Assembly: GCA_963703955.1 (NCBI GenBank)
Contig: CAVPGK010000026.1
Location: 29,119 to 93,118 of the forward strand
Length of the DNA: 64,000 nucleotides
Origin: Nitrospirota bacterium
Lineage (GTDB): Bacteria > Nitrospirota > Nitrospiria > Nitrospirales > Nitrospiraceae
Reading direction: 5' to 3'
This document shows, piece after piece, positions 47,770 through 58,911 of the stretch (positions are counted from its first letter, which is position 1; each line of letters opens with the position of its first letter). The notes under the pieces were generated by a model that ran no database searches, was not told where the DNA came from, and was given only the letters and a program-made list of their open reading frames with translations. A program made the translations under genes and the position numbers.

Positions 47770-48215
47770 AGCTGCATGAACTCACTTCCGCTGCGGGGTC
47801 GACCAAGAAACGAAAACGGATTGGACGGGGTCCGGGATCGGGTCATGGGAAAACAGCGACCAAAGGACACAAAGGACTGCTCGCCAGATCTGGAGGCGGA
47901 AAGCGGCCCGGTTTTGAAGGGGGCCAGATGCCATTGGCCAGGCGTGTGCCCAAACACGGGTTTACCAATCCATTTCAAGCGCGGTACTCCGTCGTCAACC
48001 TCGAATCACTCGCCAAACTGGGGACCATCGATGAGGTGACGCCTCAAACCTTGGTCGATGCTCGGCTGATCAAACGGAAGAGCCAACCGGTAAAAATTCT
48101 TGGCCGCGGTGACATGAATAGGGCGATGGTCATTCAAGCCCACAAATTCAGCAAATCGGCGGAGGAAAAAATTCGGGCTGCCGGCGGACGGGCTGAGGTT
48201 ATCGCCGGTGTTTGA
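47766..48215 (+). CDS. rplO: 50S ribosomal protein L15
   Basis: [21 protein letters not shown]. Confidence 0.98.
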   Translation: MKLHELTSAAGSTKKRKRIGRGPGSGHGKTATKGHKGLLARSGGGKRPGFEGGQMPLARRVPKHGFTNPFQARYSVVNLESLAKLGTIDEVTPQTLVDARLIKRKSQPVKILGRGDMNRAMVIQAHKFSKSAEEKIRAAGGRAEVIAGV

Positions 48216-49521
48216 ACGACTTATCACCAGTTTTCAGAATATCTTCAAGATTCCGGAACTGCGTATCCGGATCCTGTTCACCCTGTTGATGTTGGCGGTG
48301 TATCGGGTGGGCGCACACGTCCCGACACCGGGGATCAACAACGAGGAACTGGCGAAATTTCTGCTCAAAGAAGGGGGAGCGCTGCTTGGCTTCTTGGACA
48401 TTTTTTCAGGGGGCGCGCTGTCACGACTCACGATCTTTGCGTTGGGGATCATGCCCTACATCAGCGCATCGATTATTCTGCAACTCCTTACGGTCGTTAT
48501 CCCGCATCTGTCGAAGCTTGCCAAGGAGGGGGAGCGAGGACGAAAAAAGATCATTCAGTACACTCGATACGGAACGATCGGTATCGCGCTCATCCAAGGA
48601 TTTGGCATTGCGGTGGGCCTCGAAGGGATGAGTCAGGGTGCATTCGTACTCAATCCTGGCTGGGGATTCCGCCTGATGACGGTGATCACTTTGACCGCAG
48701 GCACAGCTTTCCTGATGTGGTTGGGTGAACAGATCACCGAGCGTGGAATCGGCAACGGAATCTCGTTGATCATCTTCGCTGGGATTGTGGCCCGTCTGCC
48801 GAGCGCGGTTGCACAAACCTTTGATCTGTATCAGGTCGGGCAGTTAAGCGTGCTGTTGCTGGGAAGTTTGGTGTTCGCCATGCTGGGTGTGGTCGCGGCT
48901 ATCGTCTTCCTCGAGAGCGGCCGCAGGAAGATTCCGGTGCAGTATGCCAAGCGCGTGATTGGACGGCGAGTGTATGGCGGACAAAGCACCCACATTCCTC
49001 TCAAAATCAACACAGCAGGGGTGATACCGCCGATTTTCGCGTCTTCGATCATTGCGTTTCCGGCAACGATCGCCGGGTTCATCCAGATTCCCTGGGTGCA
49101 GTCGCTCGGAGCCCAGCTGGCTCCCGGGTCGCTCTTGTACACGTTCATGTATGTCGGGTTGATCGTCTTCTTTTGTTTTTTCTATACTGCCGTGGTACTG
49201 AACCCGGTCGATATGGCCGACAACATGAAGAAGTACGGAGGGTTCATTCCGGGAATTCGACCCGGTCAGCGGACATCCGACTACATTTACAAGGTCCTTA
49301 CAAGGATCACGCTGGTCGGAGCGGTTTATCTGGCGGCGGTGTGTGTGATTCCTGAATTTCTCATTTACAAGCTCAATGTGCCGTTTTATTTCGGCGGAAC
49401 GTCGTTACTCATTGTCATCGGCGTCGGGTTGGATACCGCGCAGCAAATAGAATCCCACATGCTGATGAGGAACTATGAGGGCTTCCTTGCCAAGGGACGG
49501 CTGAAAGGCCGGAGCGGCTGA
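48208..49521 (+). CDS. secY: Preprotein translocase SecY
   Basis: [42 protein letters not shown]. Confidence 0.99.
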   Translation: MFERLITSFQNIFKIPELRIRILFTLLMLAVYRVGAHVPTPGINNEELAKFLLKEGGALLGFLDIFSGGALSRLTIFALGIMPYISASIILQLLTVVIPHLSKLAKEGERGRKKIIQYTRYGTIGIALIQGFGIAVGLEGMSQGAFVLNPGWGFRLMTVITLTAGTAFLMWLGEQITERGIGNGISLIIFAGIVARLPSAVAQTFDLYQVGQLSVLLLGSLVFAMLGVVAAIVFLESGRRKIPVQYAKRVIGRRVYGGQSTHIPLKINTAGVIPPIFASSIIAFPATIAGFIQIPWVQSLGAQLAPGSLLYTFMYVGLIVFFCFFYTAVVLNPVDMADNMKKYGGFIPGIRPGQRTSDYIYKVLTRITLVGAVYLAAVCVIPEFLIYKLNVPFYFGGTSLLIVIGVGLDTAQQIESHMLMRNYEGFLAKGRLKGRSG

Positions 49522-49529
49522 GGGCCCGT

Positions 49530-50186
49530 ATGCGATTGGTTTTTCTCGGTTCTCCTGGGGTGGGAAAGGGAACGCAGGCCGAACTGATGGCCTCACGATT
49601 GCACCATCCAAAGATATCAACGGGAGACATCTTGCGGGAGGCGGTTCGAAATAAGACCCCTCTTGGACTGCAGGCAAAAGCCATTATGGATCAAGGAAGA
49701 CTGGTTCCGGACGCGGTTGTGGTTGGTCTGGTCAGCGAAAAACTGCATGAGCCGGCATCTGCAGGAGGCTTCCTGCTAGATGGATTCCCCAGAACTGTAC
49801 CGCAAGCGGAGGAGCTCGATCAGCTCTTGAAAGGGAAGCATCAGCGTCTCGACCGGGTGATCAAATTTTCAGTGTCCCGTGATGAATTGGTGCAACGTCT
49901 CAGTGGGAGACGCAGCTGTTCCAAGTGTCAGGCAGTTTTCCACCGAGATTTTGCTCCTCCCAAGCAGGAAGGAATCTGTGACCGTTGCGGAACTGAATTG
50001 ATCCAACGAAGCGATGATCAAAAGGAAACGGTGGAAGCACGCTTAAAGATCTATGAGGAACAGACCGCTCCGCTGGTCGACTACTATCGACGACAGGGGA
50101 TTCTGTCTGAACTCGATGGCTCGGGTCAGATCAACGCGGTACATGAGCGGTTGATGGGGTTACTTTCAGAACACAGGCCGGCATGA
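49530..50186 (+). CDS. adk: Adenylate kinase with zinc lid
   Basis: GSPGVGKGTQ, LDGFPRT, CSKC...CDRC. Confidence 0.97.
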   Translation: MRLVFLGSPGVGKGTQAELMASRLHHPKISTGDILREAVRNKTPLGLQAKAIMDQGRLVPDAVVVGLVSEKLHEPASAGGFLLDGFPRTVPQAEELDQLLKGKHQRLDRVIKFSVSRDELVQRLSGRRSCSKCQAVFHRDFAPPKQEGICDRCGTELIQRSDDQKETVEARLKIYEEQTAPLVDYYRRQGILSELDGSGQINAVHERLMGLLSEHRPA

Positions 50187-50959
50187 TTATTCTAAAGACA
50201 CCGGATGAAATCGAAATCATGGCAAAGGCGTCCAGGCTTGTCGCGAAGACGCTTCAGGTCTTGAAGCGGGAGGTCCGCCCAGGGGTCACGACGGAAGAGT
50301 TGGACCGGGTGGCGGAAAACTTTATTCGGGCCCATGGCGGGCTTCCGGCATTCAAGGGCTATCGCAACTATCCGAAGACCTTGTGTGCGTCGGTCAATGA
50401 GCAAGTTGTCCATGGAATTCCGTCGAAGCGGACACTAAAGGAAGGGGACATAATCGGGCTCGACTTGGGGGCGATCGTCGATGGATTCTATGGTGACTCG
50501 GCGGTCACCGTTACAGTCGGGGCTGTACATACAAGGGTAGTAGAACTGTTGCGCATCACCGAAGAAGCCTTACATGCGGGGATTGCACAAGCAGTCGTCG
50601 GCAATCGACTTTCGGACATCTCGCACGCGATTCAACAACGCGTCGAAGCGGGTGGGTTTTCAGTAGTCACTGATTTTGTCGGGCATGGTATTGGTCGACA
50701 ACTTCATGAGGAGCCCCAAGTTCCCAATTATGGCACGCCTGGTCAGGGACCTCGTCTTCAGGTGGGTATGGTGCTGGCGATCGAACCGATGGTCAATATG
50801 GGGAGTAGCGGAGTCCGTATCCTAGATGATCGATGGACCGCCGTGACAAGAGACGGTAGCCTATCTGCTCACTTCGAGCATACGATCGCCATCCAGGCTG
50901 TTGGACCGCCGCGGATTCTGAGTTTGGTAGCAGAACCAATCGGGGCGTGCTTAAGCTAG
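50183..50959 (+). CDS. map: Methionine aminopeptidase type I
   Basis: SVNEQVVHGIP, GHGIG..LHEEP, AIEPM, SAHFEHT. Confidence 0.97.
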   Translation: MIILKTPDEIEIMAKASRLVAKTLQVLKREVRPGVTTEELDRVAENFIRAHGGLPAFKGYRNYPKTLCASVNEQVVHGIPSKRTLKEGDIIGLDLGAIVDGFYGDSAVTVTVGAVHTRVVELLRITEEALHAGIAQAVVGNRLSDISHAIQQRVEAGGFSVVTDFVGHGIGRQLHEEPQVPNYGTPGQGPRLQVGMVLAIEPMVNMGSSGVRILDDRWTAVTRDGSLSAHFEHTIAIQAVGPPRILSLVAEPIGACLS

Positions 50960-50971
50960 GTCAAATGCTCG

Positions 50972-51190
50972 ATGTCAAAGGAAGACATCATAGAGGTGCA
51001 AGGCACGGTGGCGGAGACGCTGCCGAACGCGATGTTTCGGGTTCAGTTGGACAACGGCCATCGCATTCTTGCGCATATCTCAGGCAAAATGCGGATGCAT
51101 TTCATTCGGATTCTTCCCGGCGATAAAGTGACAGTCGAACTGTCCCCTTACGATCTGACCCGAGGGCGTATCACGTATCGATTCAAGTGA
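50972..51190 (+). CDS. infA: Translation initiation factor IF-1
   Basis: [25 protein letters not shown]. Confidence 0.98.
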   Translation: MSKEDIIEVQGTVAETLPNAMFRVQLDNGHRILAHISGKMRMHFIRILPGDKVTVELSPYDLTRGRITYRFK

Positions 51191-51225
51191 ATGAGCCGGT
51201 CATTGCTCACGAAGGAATGATCCCA

Positions 51226-51339
51226 ATGAAAGTGAAATCGTCAGTGAAGCCGATCTGTTCCAAATGCAAGGTCATTCGTCGCCGTGGGGTCGTTCGGGTG
51301 CTGTGTGAAAACCCACGACACAAGCAGCGCCAAGGGTGA
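51226..51339 (+). CDS. rpmJ: 50S ribosomal protein L36
   Basis: Not in ORF track. [37 protein letters not shown]. Confidence 0.96.
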   Translation: MKVKSSVKPICSKCKVIRRRGVVRVLCENPRHKQRQG

Positions 51340-51464
51340 GGAGCCGGCGCGCGGAAGCCAACCACCATAGCCCGCGCGAGAGGTGAGTAACAGAGAACGC
51401 CGATGCAAAGCTTATGAACAATCGGTAAGTGCTGAACGGATAGCGAAACGAGGTGGGGGGAAGC

Positions 51465-51857
51465 ATGGCTCGGATTGCTGGTGTGGATCTGCCAAGGGAA
51501 AAACGAGTCGACATTGGGTTGACGTACATTTTCGGCATCGGCCGGGCCACGGCCGCTCAGATCATCAAGAAAGCTGGCGTCAGTGGCGCGACCCGCGTCA
51601 AAGATCTCAATGAGGACGAAATCGTGAAACTGAGAGAGATCATCGACCGGGATCATGAGGTGGAGGGAGATCTTCGGAAAGAAGTCTCCATGAACATTAA
51701 GCGCCTCGTCGACACCGGCACGTATCGCGGGCTGCGGCATCGCAAGAGCCTGCCGGTGCGTGGCCAGCGCACGAAGACCAATGCTCGAACTCGAAAAGGG
51801 AAACGTGCGTCGATCGGCAAAGCCCGAAAACCCGCGGCGGCACCCCGCGGCGCGTAG
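51465..51857 (+). CDS. rpsM: 30S ribosomal protein S13
   Basis: [30 protein letters not shown]. Confidence 0.98.
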   Translation: MARIAGVDLPREKRVDIGLTYIFGIGRATAAQIIKKAGVSGATRVKDLNEDEIVKLREIIDRDHEVEGDLRKEVSMNIKRLVDTGTYRGLRHRKSLPVRGQRTKTNARTRKGKRASIGKARKPAAAPRGA

Positions 51858-51976
51858 CCAGATGGAAGAGTTCCTCCCCGGGGCGCAGCCTGGAAACCAG
51901 CGGAGTAAAGAGCGCATGCCATCCCCAACGGGAAGAGGTGAAGAAGCGTGTGCAGGTTGAGTAAGAGGAGTAGGGC

Positions 51977-52360
51977 ATGAGTGTCAAGAAGGGCAAAAAG
52001 AAGGAGCGCAAGATAGTCCAGAGCGGGATCGCTCATATCCAGGCTTCGTTTAACAACACCATTGTGACGATTACCGACATGAGCGGAAATACCGTCGTGT
52101 GGGCGAGTTCCGGAAACCAGGGGTTTAAAGGCTCCCGCAAGAGCACGCCGTTTGCCGCGCAGAGAGCCGGAGAGACAGCGGCCAAGAAGGCGATGGAACA
52201 TGGGGTGCGGCAGGTCGATGTCTACGTCAACGGCCCCGGATCAGGACGCGAATCCGCCATTCGATCTCTTCAGGGCGCGGGGTTGCGCATCAATCTCATT
52301 CGGGATGTGACCCCCATTCCTCATAACGGGTGTCGGCCACCGAAGCGGAGGCGCGTATAG
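51977..52360 (+). CDS. rpsK: 30S ribosomal protein S11
   Basis: [31 protein letters not shown]. Confidence 0.98.
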   Translation: MSVKKGKKKERKIVQSGIAHIQASFNNTIVTITDMSGNTVVWASSGNQGFKGSRKSTPFAAQRAGETAAKKAMEHGVRQVDVYVNGPGSGRESAIRSLQGAGLRINLIRDVTPIPHNGCRPPKRRRV

Positions 52361-52443
52361 AGGTTTCATGATGTGAGAATGCTTTAAGGCGAACGACTCG
52401 ATCGCAGAGGATGCAATGGGTAAAATTCTAGTGAGGTGAATTC

Positions 52444-53070
52444 GTGGCGAAGTATCGGGGTCCCGTCTGTCGGTTGTGTAGGCGCGAGGGGGTGAAACTC
52501 TTTTTGAAAGGCTCTCGCTGTATGACTGAAAAATGTGCGGTGGAACGACGCAGCTATCCACCAGGGCAACACGGACAAGGGCGCCAACGATTATCGGAAT
52601 ACAGTGCCCAGCTGCGCGAAAAACAGAAGCTCAAACGGATTTATGGACTTCAGGAAAGACAGTTCCGGGGAGTCTTTGGAAAAGCCGAACGTCGGACCGG
52701 TGTCACAGGGGAGCATCTGTTGAAATTATTGGAGTCTCGCCTCGATAACGTGGTGTACCGGTTGGGCTTTGCCGCTTCACGAAAAGAAGCCAGGCAGTTG
52801 GTCAATCACGGACACGTTCAACTCAACGGTAGGAAAACCGATGTGCCCGCTGCGTTGATCAAGGCCAATGATATCGTCGAGATCCGGGAACGGAGTCGCG
52901 GACTTCTTCCTATCCAAACAGCACTCGAAGCCGTCGATGGACGAGGCGTGCCGCCGTGGTTGGAGCTGGATCGAGCGGGATTCAGGGGAACGGTTCGCAA
53001 CCTTCCAACAAGAGAGGACATCGCGCTGCCGGTCAACGAGCAAATGGTGGTGGAACTCTATTCCAGGTAA
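52444..53070 (+). CDS. rpsD: 30S ribosomal protein S4
   Basis: [31 protein letters not shown]. Confidence 0.98.
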   Translation: MAKYRGPVCRLCRREGVKLFLKGSRCMTEKCAVERRSYPPGQHGQGRQRLSEYSAQLREKQKLKRIYGLQERQFRGVFGKAERRTGVTGEHLLKLLESRLDNVVYRLGFAASRKEARQLVNHGHVQLNGRKTDVPAALIKANDIVEIRERSRGLLPIQTALEAVDGRGVPPWLELDRAGFRGTVRNLPTREDIALPVNEQMVVELYSR

Positions 53071-53141
53071 TCGGAAGCCCGACCCTGGCAAAGGCATCTT
53101 GATGGGTTTCGTCTGGACAGACGCGAGTTGAAGGGGGAACC

Positions 53142-54146
53142 ATGATAAAGGGAATGAAAGACTTCCAGATCCCGTTGCGGGTGGAGGCCGACAAGGAGGC
53201 GTTATCTTCGATCTACGGCAAATTTACCGCAGAAGCGTTCGAGAGAGGATTTGGGACGACCATCGGCAATTCCCTCCGTCGTGTATTGCTGTCTTCGCTG
53301 ACCGGTGCAGCCATTACCACCGTCCGCATCGAAGGCGTTCTTCACGAATTCTCCACCATTCCCGGGGTGACGGAGGATGTCACCGGGATCATCCTGAACA
53401 TCAAAGGCCTTCGATTGAAATTGCATACGGACAAAGCGAAGACCATTCGCCTGCGTAAGAAAGGACCTGGGGAGGCGAAAGGATCGGACATCATTCATGA
53501 TGCCGATGTCACGATTTTGAACAAAGATCTGCACGTCGCCACACTGGATAAAGAAGCGACTTTGGACATGGAGATGGTGGTAAAACCGGGACGTGGGTAT
53601 ATTCCTGCCGAACGGAACAAGGAGGAGGGGCTTCCGATCGGCGTTCTCGCGGTTGACTCGATATACTCTCCGGTCAAACGTGTCAATTTCCAGGTGGAAA
53701 ATGCTCGTGTCGGTCGCATGACGGACTACGATAAACTGACGCTCGAGATCTGGACGGATGGAAGCCTGACGCCTCGGGATGCGTTGTCCGAAGCGGCGAG
53801 CATTCTACGTGAGCATCTCGATATCTTCATTCATCCTGAAGACGTAGCAGAGGCGAAGCTGGATCAGCGTCAGGAAGACGAACATGGGGTCGTCAACACG
53901 AACTTATTCCGAAGCGTCAACGAGCTGGAATTATCGGTGCGCGCGGCGAATTGTCTGAAGAACGCCAATATCAAGACCATTGCGGATTTGGTGCAGAAGA
54001 CGGAAACCGAAATGCTGAAAACCAAAAACTTCGGTAAGAAGTCGCTCAATGAGATCAAGGAAATTCTCGCTGAAATGGGACTCAGTCTTGGCGTTAAACT
54101 GGATTCTCTGCCGGCTGGGCAGGGTTACGCCAAAAGTGAGTCCTAA
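53142..54146 (+). CDS. rpoA: RNA polymerase alpha subunit
   Basis: [35 protein letters not shown]. Confidence 0.99.
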   Translation: MIKGMKDFQIPLRVEADKEALSSIYGKFTAEAFERGFGTTIGNSLRRVLLSSLTGAAITTVRIEGVLHEFSTIPGVTEDVTGIILNIKGLRLKLHTDKAKTIRLRKKGPGEAKGSDIIHDADVTILNKDLHVATLDKEATLDMEMVVKPGRGYIPAERNKEEGLPIGVLAVDSIYSPVKRVNFQVENARVGRMTDYDKLTLEIWTDGSLTPRDALSEAASILREHLDIFIHPEDVAEAKLDQRQEDEHGVVNTNLFRSVNELELSVRAANCLKNANIKTIADLVQKTETEMLKTKNFGKKSLNEIKEILAEMGLSLGVKLDSLPAGQGYAKSES

Positions 54147-54161
54147 AGAGGTCAACCACCC

Positions 54162-54608
54162 ATGCGCCATAGAAAAAAAGGTCGGCAATTAGGACGGAAC
54201 ACCCATCATCGTCGCGCCCTGTTTCGAAGCCTGGTCACCTCTCTTCTGGAACATGAAAGAATCGAGACGACCGAGGCGAAAGCGAAGGAAATCCGGGGGC
54301 TGACCGACCGAATGATCACGCTTGGAAAGGATGGCGGGCTTCACGCCCGGCGACGAGCCCTAGGCTTTCTCCGAAGCAAAGACGTCGTCTCGAAATTATT
54401 CGGCGATGTGGCGGGAAGGTTCCGTGAGCGAAATGGGGGATATACTCGTCTGATCAAGACTCGTCGGCGAGTCGGGGATGCCGCGAGCCTGGTGGCCATC
54501 GAGTTGGTAGTGAAAGTTTCGGAAAAGGCTCAAGCAAAATCTGGTCAATCCTCTGCAGAAAAAGGAATGAAACAATCGTCCAAGGAAGAAGCAGCTAATC
54601 CAAAGTGA
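54162..54608 (+). CDS. rplQ: 50S ribosomal protein L17
   Basis: MRHRK, IETTEAKAKE, GGYTR. Confidence 0.98.
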   Translation: MRHRKKGRQLGRNTHHRRALFRSLVTSLLEHERIETTEAKAKEIRGLTDRMITLGKDGGLHARRRALGFLRSKDVVSKLFGDVAGRFRERNGGYTRLIKTRRRVGDAASLVAIELVVKVSEKAQAKSGQSSAEKGMKQSSKEEAANPK

Positions 54609-54777
54609 CAATCTCCCCGCATGTCCGCTCGCTGAACTGACCTCCTCTCCAGTGAAAATCCACCCTAAAGGTATGCCTACGCCGACGTTCCACGGCCGTT
54701 GATTTACTTGAAGAACGGCCTATGCTAGTATCATGCCCGCATTCTTGTCCCGGTAAATAATTGATTTGAGAGGGGTG

Positions 54778-55338
54778 ATGTGGCGTTCTTGGGTTCGCGC
54801 CGGCTTGCTCGTACTCAGTCTACTCCTTGCGAGCGCACTGTTCTTTCTCCTGGCCTCACGGCGGGAATCCGTACCGCGGGCGGTCACTCCGGGAAGTCTC
54901 GATCGAGCCGATGCGGGAATCGATCAGTTCACGTTTCTGCAGTCTCGTGCGGGAACAGTACAATGGCAGGTGCAGGCTCGGCAAGCCCGAATGGTTGAAT
55001 CCGAGCATCAAGCCAAGCTCGAACAGGTCGAGGTGACGCTGTACGGAGCGAACGGTTGGGAGATGAAATTGAAAGGGGATGAAGGCACGATCGACACCAC
55101 CACAAAGAATTTCACGTTGGTTCGGCGGGAGGGTCCGATCGCCGTTCGGCTGCAAAACGGTTACACTATTTACACCAATCACCTGTCGTGGGTGGATAAA
55201 CGACGGGAAGTGAGCACGAACGATCCGGTGACGATTGTCGGCCAGGGATTGGAAATTAAGGGGCGTGGTCTGGTAGGACAACTGGATTCAGAAGAGTTCA
55301 AGGTTCTTGAGGATGTTCACGTGGAAATTGCGCCATAG
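54778..55338 (+). CDS. lptC: LPS export protein LptC
   Basis: N-terminal TM segment plus beta-strand-rich domain; position before lptA-lptB-rpoN. Confidence 0.8.
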   Translation: MWRSWVRAGLLVLSLLLASALFFLLASRRESVPRAVTPGSLDRADAGIDQFTFLQSRAGTVQWQVQARQARMVESEHQAKLEQVEVTLYGANGWEMKLKGDEGTIDTTTKNFTLVRREGPIAVRLQNGYTIYTNHLSWVDKRREVSTNDPVTIVGQGLEIKGRGLVGQLDSEEFKVLEDVHVEIAP

Positions 55339-55924
55339 CTTGTGCGTGGTCGTTGCTCTTATCATCGCAGGAACGACGTCTTCTGCGGAGACGTCTCTCA
55401 CCAAACCGGCTTCGCCAGAAGCGACCAACACCACCATCACCTCTCAGCGCATGACGGTGCGCAACCAGGACAACAAAGCGATTTTCGAAGGCACGGTCAT
55501 CTTAACCAAGGGCAACTTGGTGGTTCATTCGGATGTTATGGTCGTCTTTTTCAAGCCGGCGAATGAGGCCGAATCTTCGGCCCCAGCGGAAGGGGGGTCA
55601 AACGGTCAGTCAAAGGAATCCGCTTCGACTGACAAGGCAAAGAGTGGTGGGAGCGGAAACCTGCCCATCATGTCCAATCGATCGGTAAGCATGATCGAGG
55701 CGACAGGACGGGTCAAGATCGTCAAAGAAGACGGTCAGGCGACCTGTCGCAAGGCTGTGTACCATAGTGATGAAGACAAGATCGTCCTAACCGGGGATCC
55801 CGTGGCATGGCAAAAGGGCACCCGTGTGGCGGGACAAAGGATTACGATGTACTTGGCCGAAGATCGGAGTGTCGTGGAAGGCGGATCGCGGGTGATGATT
55901 GAACCCGAAGGAGGAGCCCGGTAA
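55313..55924 (+). CDS. lptA: LPS transport periplasmic protein LptA (OstA-like)
   Basis: Signal-like start; [27 protein letters not shown]. Confidence 0.85.
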   Translation: MFTWKLRHSLCVVVALIIAGTTSSAETSLTKPASPEATNTTITSQRMTVRNQDNKAIFEGTVILTKGNLVVHSDVMVVFFKPANEAESSAPAEGGSNGQSKESASTDKAKSGGSGNLPIMSNRSVSMIEATGRVKIVKEDGQATCRKAVYHSDEDKIVLTGDPVAWQKGTRVAGQRITMYLAEDRSVVEGGSRVMIEPEGGAR

Positions 55925-56721
55925 TGCGAGCGTCCGAAACTGCCCGCGCCGCGCACGCTGCGAACGCCGGGGGGGCGACCTCCTCCTCGGCCCAAACGAG
56001 GCAGCGCCTTGAGGCAACAGGGCTGCGCAAAAGCTTCAAGGGGCGAGAGGTCGTGAAGGGGGTCAGTGTCGATGTGGGGGCCGGTGAAGTGGTGGGGTTG
56101 TTGGGGCCGAACGGCGCCGGTAAGACGACGATCTTCGATATGATGGTGGGGCTTTGCCAGCCTGACGCGGGACGGATCTTACTGAACGGAGAGGTGATCA
56201 CCGATCTGCCGATGTACAAGCGCGCCCGCCGAGGGATCGGATACTTGCCTCAGGAATCCTCCGTCTTTCGCCGGCTGTCGGTCGAAGAGAATATCTTGGC
56301 CATCCTGGAAACGCTGGCGCTTTCCGCCCAGGAGCGCTCGTTTCAGGCGGATGCTCTCCTCAAGGAACTCGATCTGACACATCTGCGCAAGAGCAAGGCG
56401 TATGCGCTATCAGGCGGCGAGCGGCGTCGTCTTGAAATCACGCGCGCACTCGTCATTCGACCACAGTTCTTGCTGCTCGATGAACCGTTTGCGGGCATCG
56501 ATCCGATTGCCGTTGGAGATATCCAACAGATCATCACACGACTCCGGGAAAAGCAAATCGGCATTCTGATCACCGACCATAATGTCCAAGAAACCTTATC
56601 CATCACGGATCGAGCCTACATTATCAACGAAGGGGGTATTCTGGAATCGGGGTCTCCGGATCACATCGTCAATAGCTCAACCGCCAGGGCGATTTACCTT
56701 GGTGAGCGCTTCAGATTATGA
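55924..56721 (+). CDS. lptB: LPS export ABC ATPase
   Basis: [43 protein letters not shown]. Confidence 0.96.
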   Translation: MRASETARAAHAANAGGATSSSAQTRQRLEATGLRKSFKGREVVKGVSVDVGAGEVVGLLGPNGAGKTTIFDMMVGLCQPDAGRILLNGEVITDLPMYKRARRGIGYLPQESSVFRRLSVEENILAILETLALSAQERSFQADALLKELDLTHLRKSKAYALSGGERRRLEITRALVIRPQFLLLDEPFAGIDPIAVGDIQQIITRLREKQIGILITDHNVQETLSITDRAYIINEGGILESGSPDHIVNSSTARAIYLGERFRL

Positions 56722-56748
56722 TTGCGGCGGCCACGGGCGAGGTTCGGT

Positions 56749-58257
56749 ATGAAACTGCGGCTTGATTTACGACTCAGTCAGAAGCTCATCATGACGCCGC
56801 AGTTGCAGCAGGCGATCAAGCTTCTGCAACTGTCACGCTTGGAACTTCAGCAAACGCTCACTCAGCACTTGATGGAAAACCCGCTTTTGGAAGAGCTTCA
56901 GGCCGACGCCGAAGAAATGGATCCGGCGTCGAGTGAAGAATTGAACCAGGAAAAGAAGGAGCCCGATGCATCTGAAGGCACCGGAGAGGAATCCAAGCCC
57001 GACGTATCCGAAAATCCGGATGAGCTCTCGGTCAATGGTTGGGAAGACTACTTTGACAGTGATCGGCGGGCCGGGGATACGGAATATCCGTCGGCTTCTC
57101 AGGATGAGTTCCCTTCATACGACCAAACCGTCGTGAAAGCACAATCTCTGGAGGATCATCTTCTCTGGCAACTCGCCCTGTCAGGTCTCTCTGAGGCCGA
57201 CAGGGCTGTCGCTCGCATGATTATCGGGAATCTGGATGAGGACGGCTATTTCAGGACCCCGCTCCTTGAGGAAATTGCCGCTGATGCAGATGTTTCCGTG
57301 GAGACAGCGGAGTCAATCCTAAAACAGGTTCAGGGATTTGATCCGGCCGGCATCGCCGCTCGGGATCTGCAGGAGTGCCTACTCATTCAATTGGGTTATC
57401 TGGACCGCAATTTTGGCCTTGTCGACGGGCGGCGAGTTCGTTTGAAGGGGTCCCTGGTCGAATCAATCGTGACCCATCACCTGAAGGACCTGGAAAAGAA
57501 ACACTATGCCCGCATCGCCAAGGCCTTGGGTGTCACAGTGGAAGAGGTGTTTGCCGCAACAAAAGTGATTGAGGGGTTGGAACCGAAGCCCGGACGGCCA
57601 TACTTCACGGCAGACAATTATGTCATTGTTCCGGACGTCTTCGTCGTCAGGAACGAAGATGAGTGGGTGGTGCTACTGAATGACGATGGAATGCCTCGCC
57701 TGCGTATCAGCCCCTATTACAAGCAGCTGATGAGCAGCGGCAAAAACCCGTCCGACACCACCAAAGCCTACTTGGAAGAGAAATTGCGAGGAGCGCAGTG
57801 GATTATCAGAAGCATCGAACAGCGCAACAAGACCATCATTAAGGTCGTTGCAAGCATCATTAAGTTTCAGGAGGCGTTTTTTGAAAAGGGTGTCCAGTAC
57901 CTAAAGCCTCTCGTGCTGAAGCAAGTGGCGGATGACATCGGTCTGCATGAGTCAACCATCAGCCGGGTGACGGCGAACAAGTACATGTACTGTCCCCAGG
58001 GCATTCTCGAATTGAAGTACTTTTTTAATACCGGTATCCAAAGAGCTGATCAAAGCGAGGATGACCTTTCTTCAGTCACGGTTAGGGAAATGATTCGTAA
58101 AATGGTGGCGGAAGAAGACGCTCAACACCCTCTGAAAGACCAAGAAATCGCGGCGAGGCTTCAAAAAAACAACATCATGATTGCTCGAAGAACGGTGGCG
58201 AAATATCGATCTGAATCGAATATTCCGTCCGCAAGTCAACGCAAGCGCTTTTTTTGA
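56749..58257 (+). CDS. rpoN: RNA polymerase sigma-54 factor
   Basis: MTPQLQQAIKLLQL, HESTISRVT, RpoN box ARRTVAKYR. Confidence 0.97.
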   Translation: MKLRLDLRLSQKLIMTPQLQQAIKLLQLSRLELQQTLTQHLMENPLLEELQADAEEMDPASSEELNQEKKEPDASEGTGEESKPDVSENPDELSVNGWEDYFDSDRRAGDTEYPSASQDEFPSYDQTVVKAQSLEDHLLWQLALSGLSEADRAVARMIIGNLDEDGYFRTPLLEEIAADADVSVETAESILKQVQGFDPAGIAARDLQECLLIQLGYLDRNFGLVDGRRVRLKGSLVESIVTHHLKDLEKKHYARIAKALGVTVEEVFAATKVIEGLEPKPGRPYFTADNYVIVPDVFVVRNEDEWVVLLNDDGMPRLRISPYYKQLMSSGKNPSDTTKAYLEEKLRGAQWIIRSIEQRNKTIIKVVASIIKFQEAFFEKGVQYLKPLVLKQVADDIGLHESTISRVTANKYMYCPQGILELKYFFNTGIQRADQSEDDLSSVTVREMIRKMVAEEDAQHPLKDQEIAARLQKNNIMIARRTVAKYRSESNIPSASQRKRFF

Positions 58258-58371
58258 CGGCAGGTCAGGAATATGCCCGAAGACGACAGATTTCGTGCTA
58301 TGGATCAGCGGATGTTGTCCGGCCTCGCTGAGGCGACAATAGCGGGTGATCGAATCAAAGAGGAACCAGCG

Positions 58372-58896
58372 ATGCGCATTATCATTACCGGTCGTCATGT
58401 AGAAATCACAGCGGCGCTCAGGCGTTACATCGAGTCCAGAATGAAACGGCTGGAACGATATGGTATGAAGTTGGGAGATGTGCAGGTCGTGTTGGCCGTT
58501 GAGAAATATCGGCACGCGGCTGAGGTCGTGTTCAACTTCAATGGGGCGGTGATCCAGAGCAAGACGTCGACTACGGAGATGTATACCTCTATCGATCAGT
58601 TGCTGGATAAAGTCAGCCGGCAGATTCTCAAACGTAAAGGAAAACTCGTCGATCATAAGAGGAGGATGGTTAGCCCCGTGCCGGTTGAGCAGGCACGACT
58701 TGGGAAATCCGTCCAGGTGGAATTCGATACGGTCCGCCCCCCGCTCCACGCACTCACTGCCGCCCAAGCTCTCAGCCGTCTCGGTCGCCAGCCGACCGCG
58801 CTGCTTGTTTTTAAAGAGCTTTCGACTGAGCGCGTGCAAGTAATGAGACGGCTTGAGAATGGTGCCGTCGAATTGATCGATCCGCGGCCCGTCTAG
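58372..58896 (+). CDS. hpf: Ribosome hibernation promoting factor (long form)
   Basis: ITGRHVEITAALRRY, MYTSID; C-terminal domain; follows rpoN. Confidence 0.88.
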   Translation: MRIIITGRHVEITAALRRYIESRMKRLERYGMKLGDVQVVLAVEKYRHAAEVVFNFNGAVIQSKTSTTEMYTSIDQLLDKVSRQILKRKGKLVDHKRRMVSPVPVEQARLGKSVQVEFDTVRPPLHALTAAQALSRLGRQPTALLVFKELSTERVQVMRRLENGAVELIDPRPV

Positions 58897-58911
58897 TCAG
58901 GTGTACGGTCG

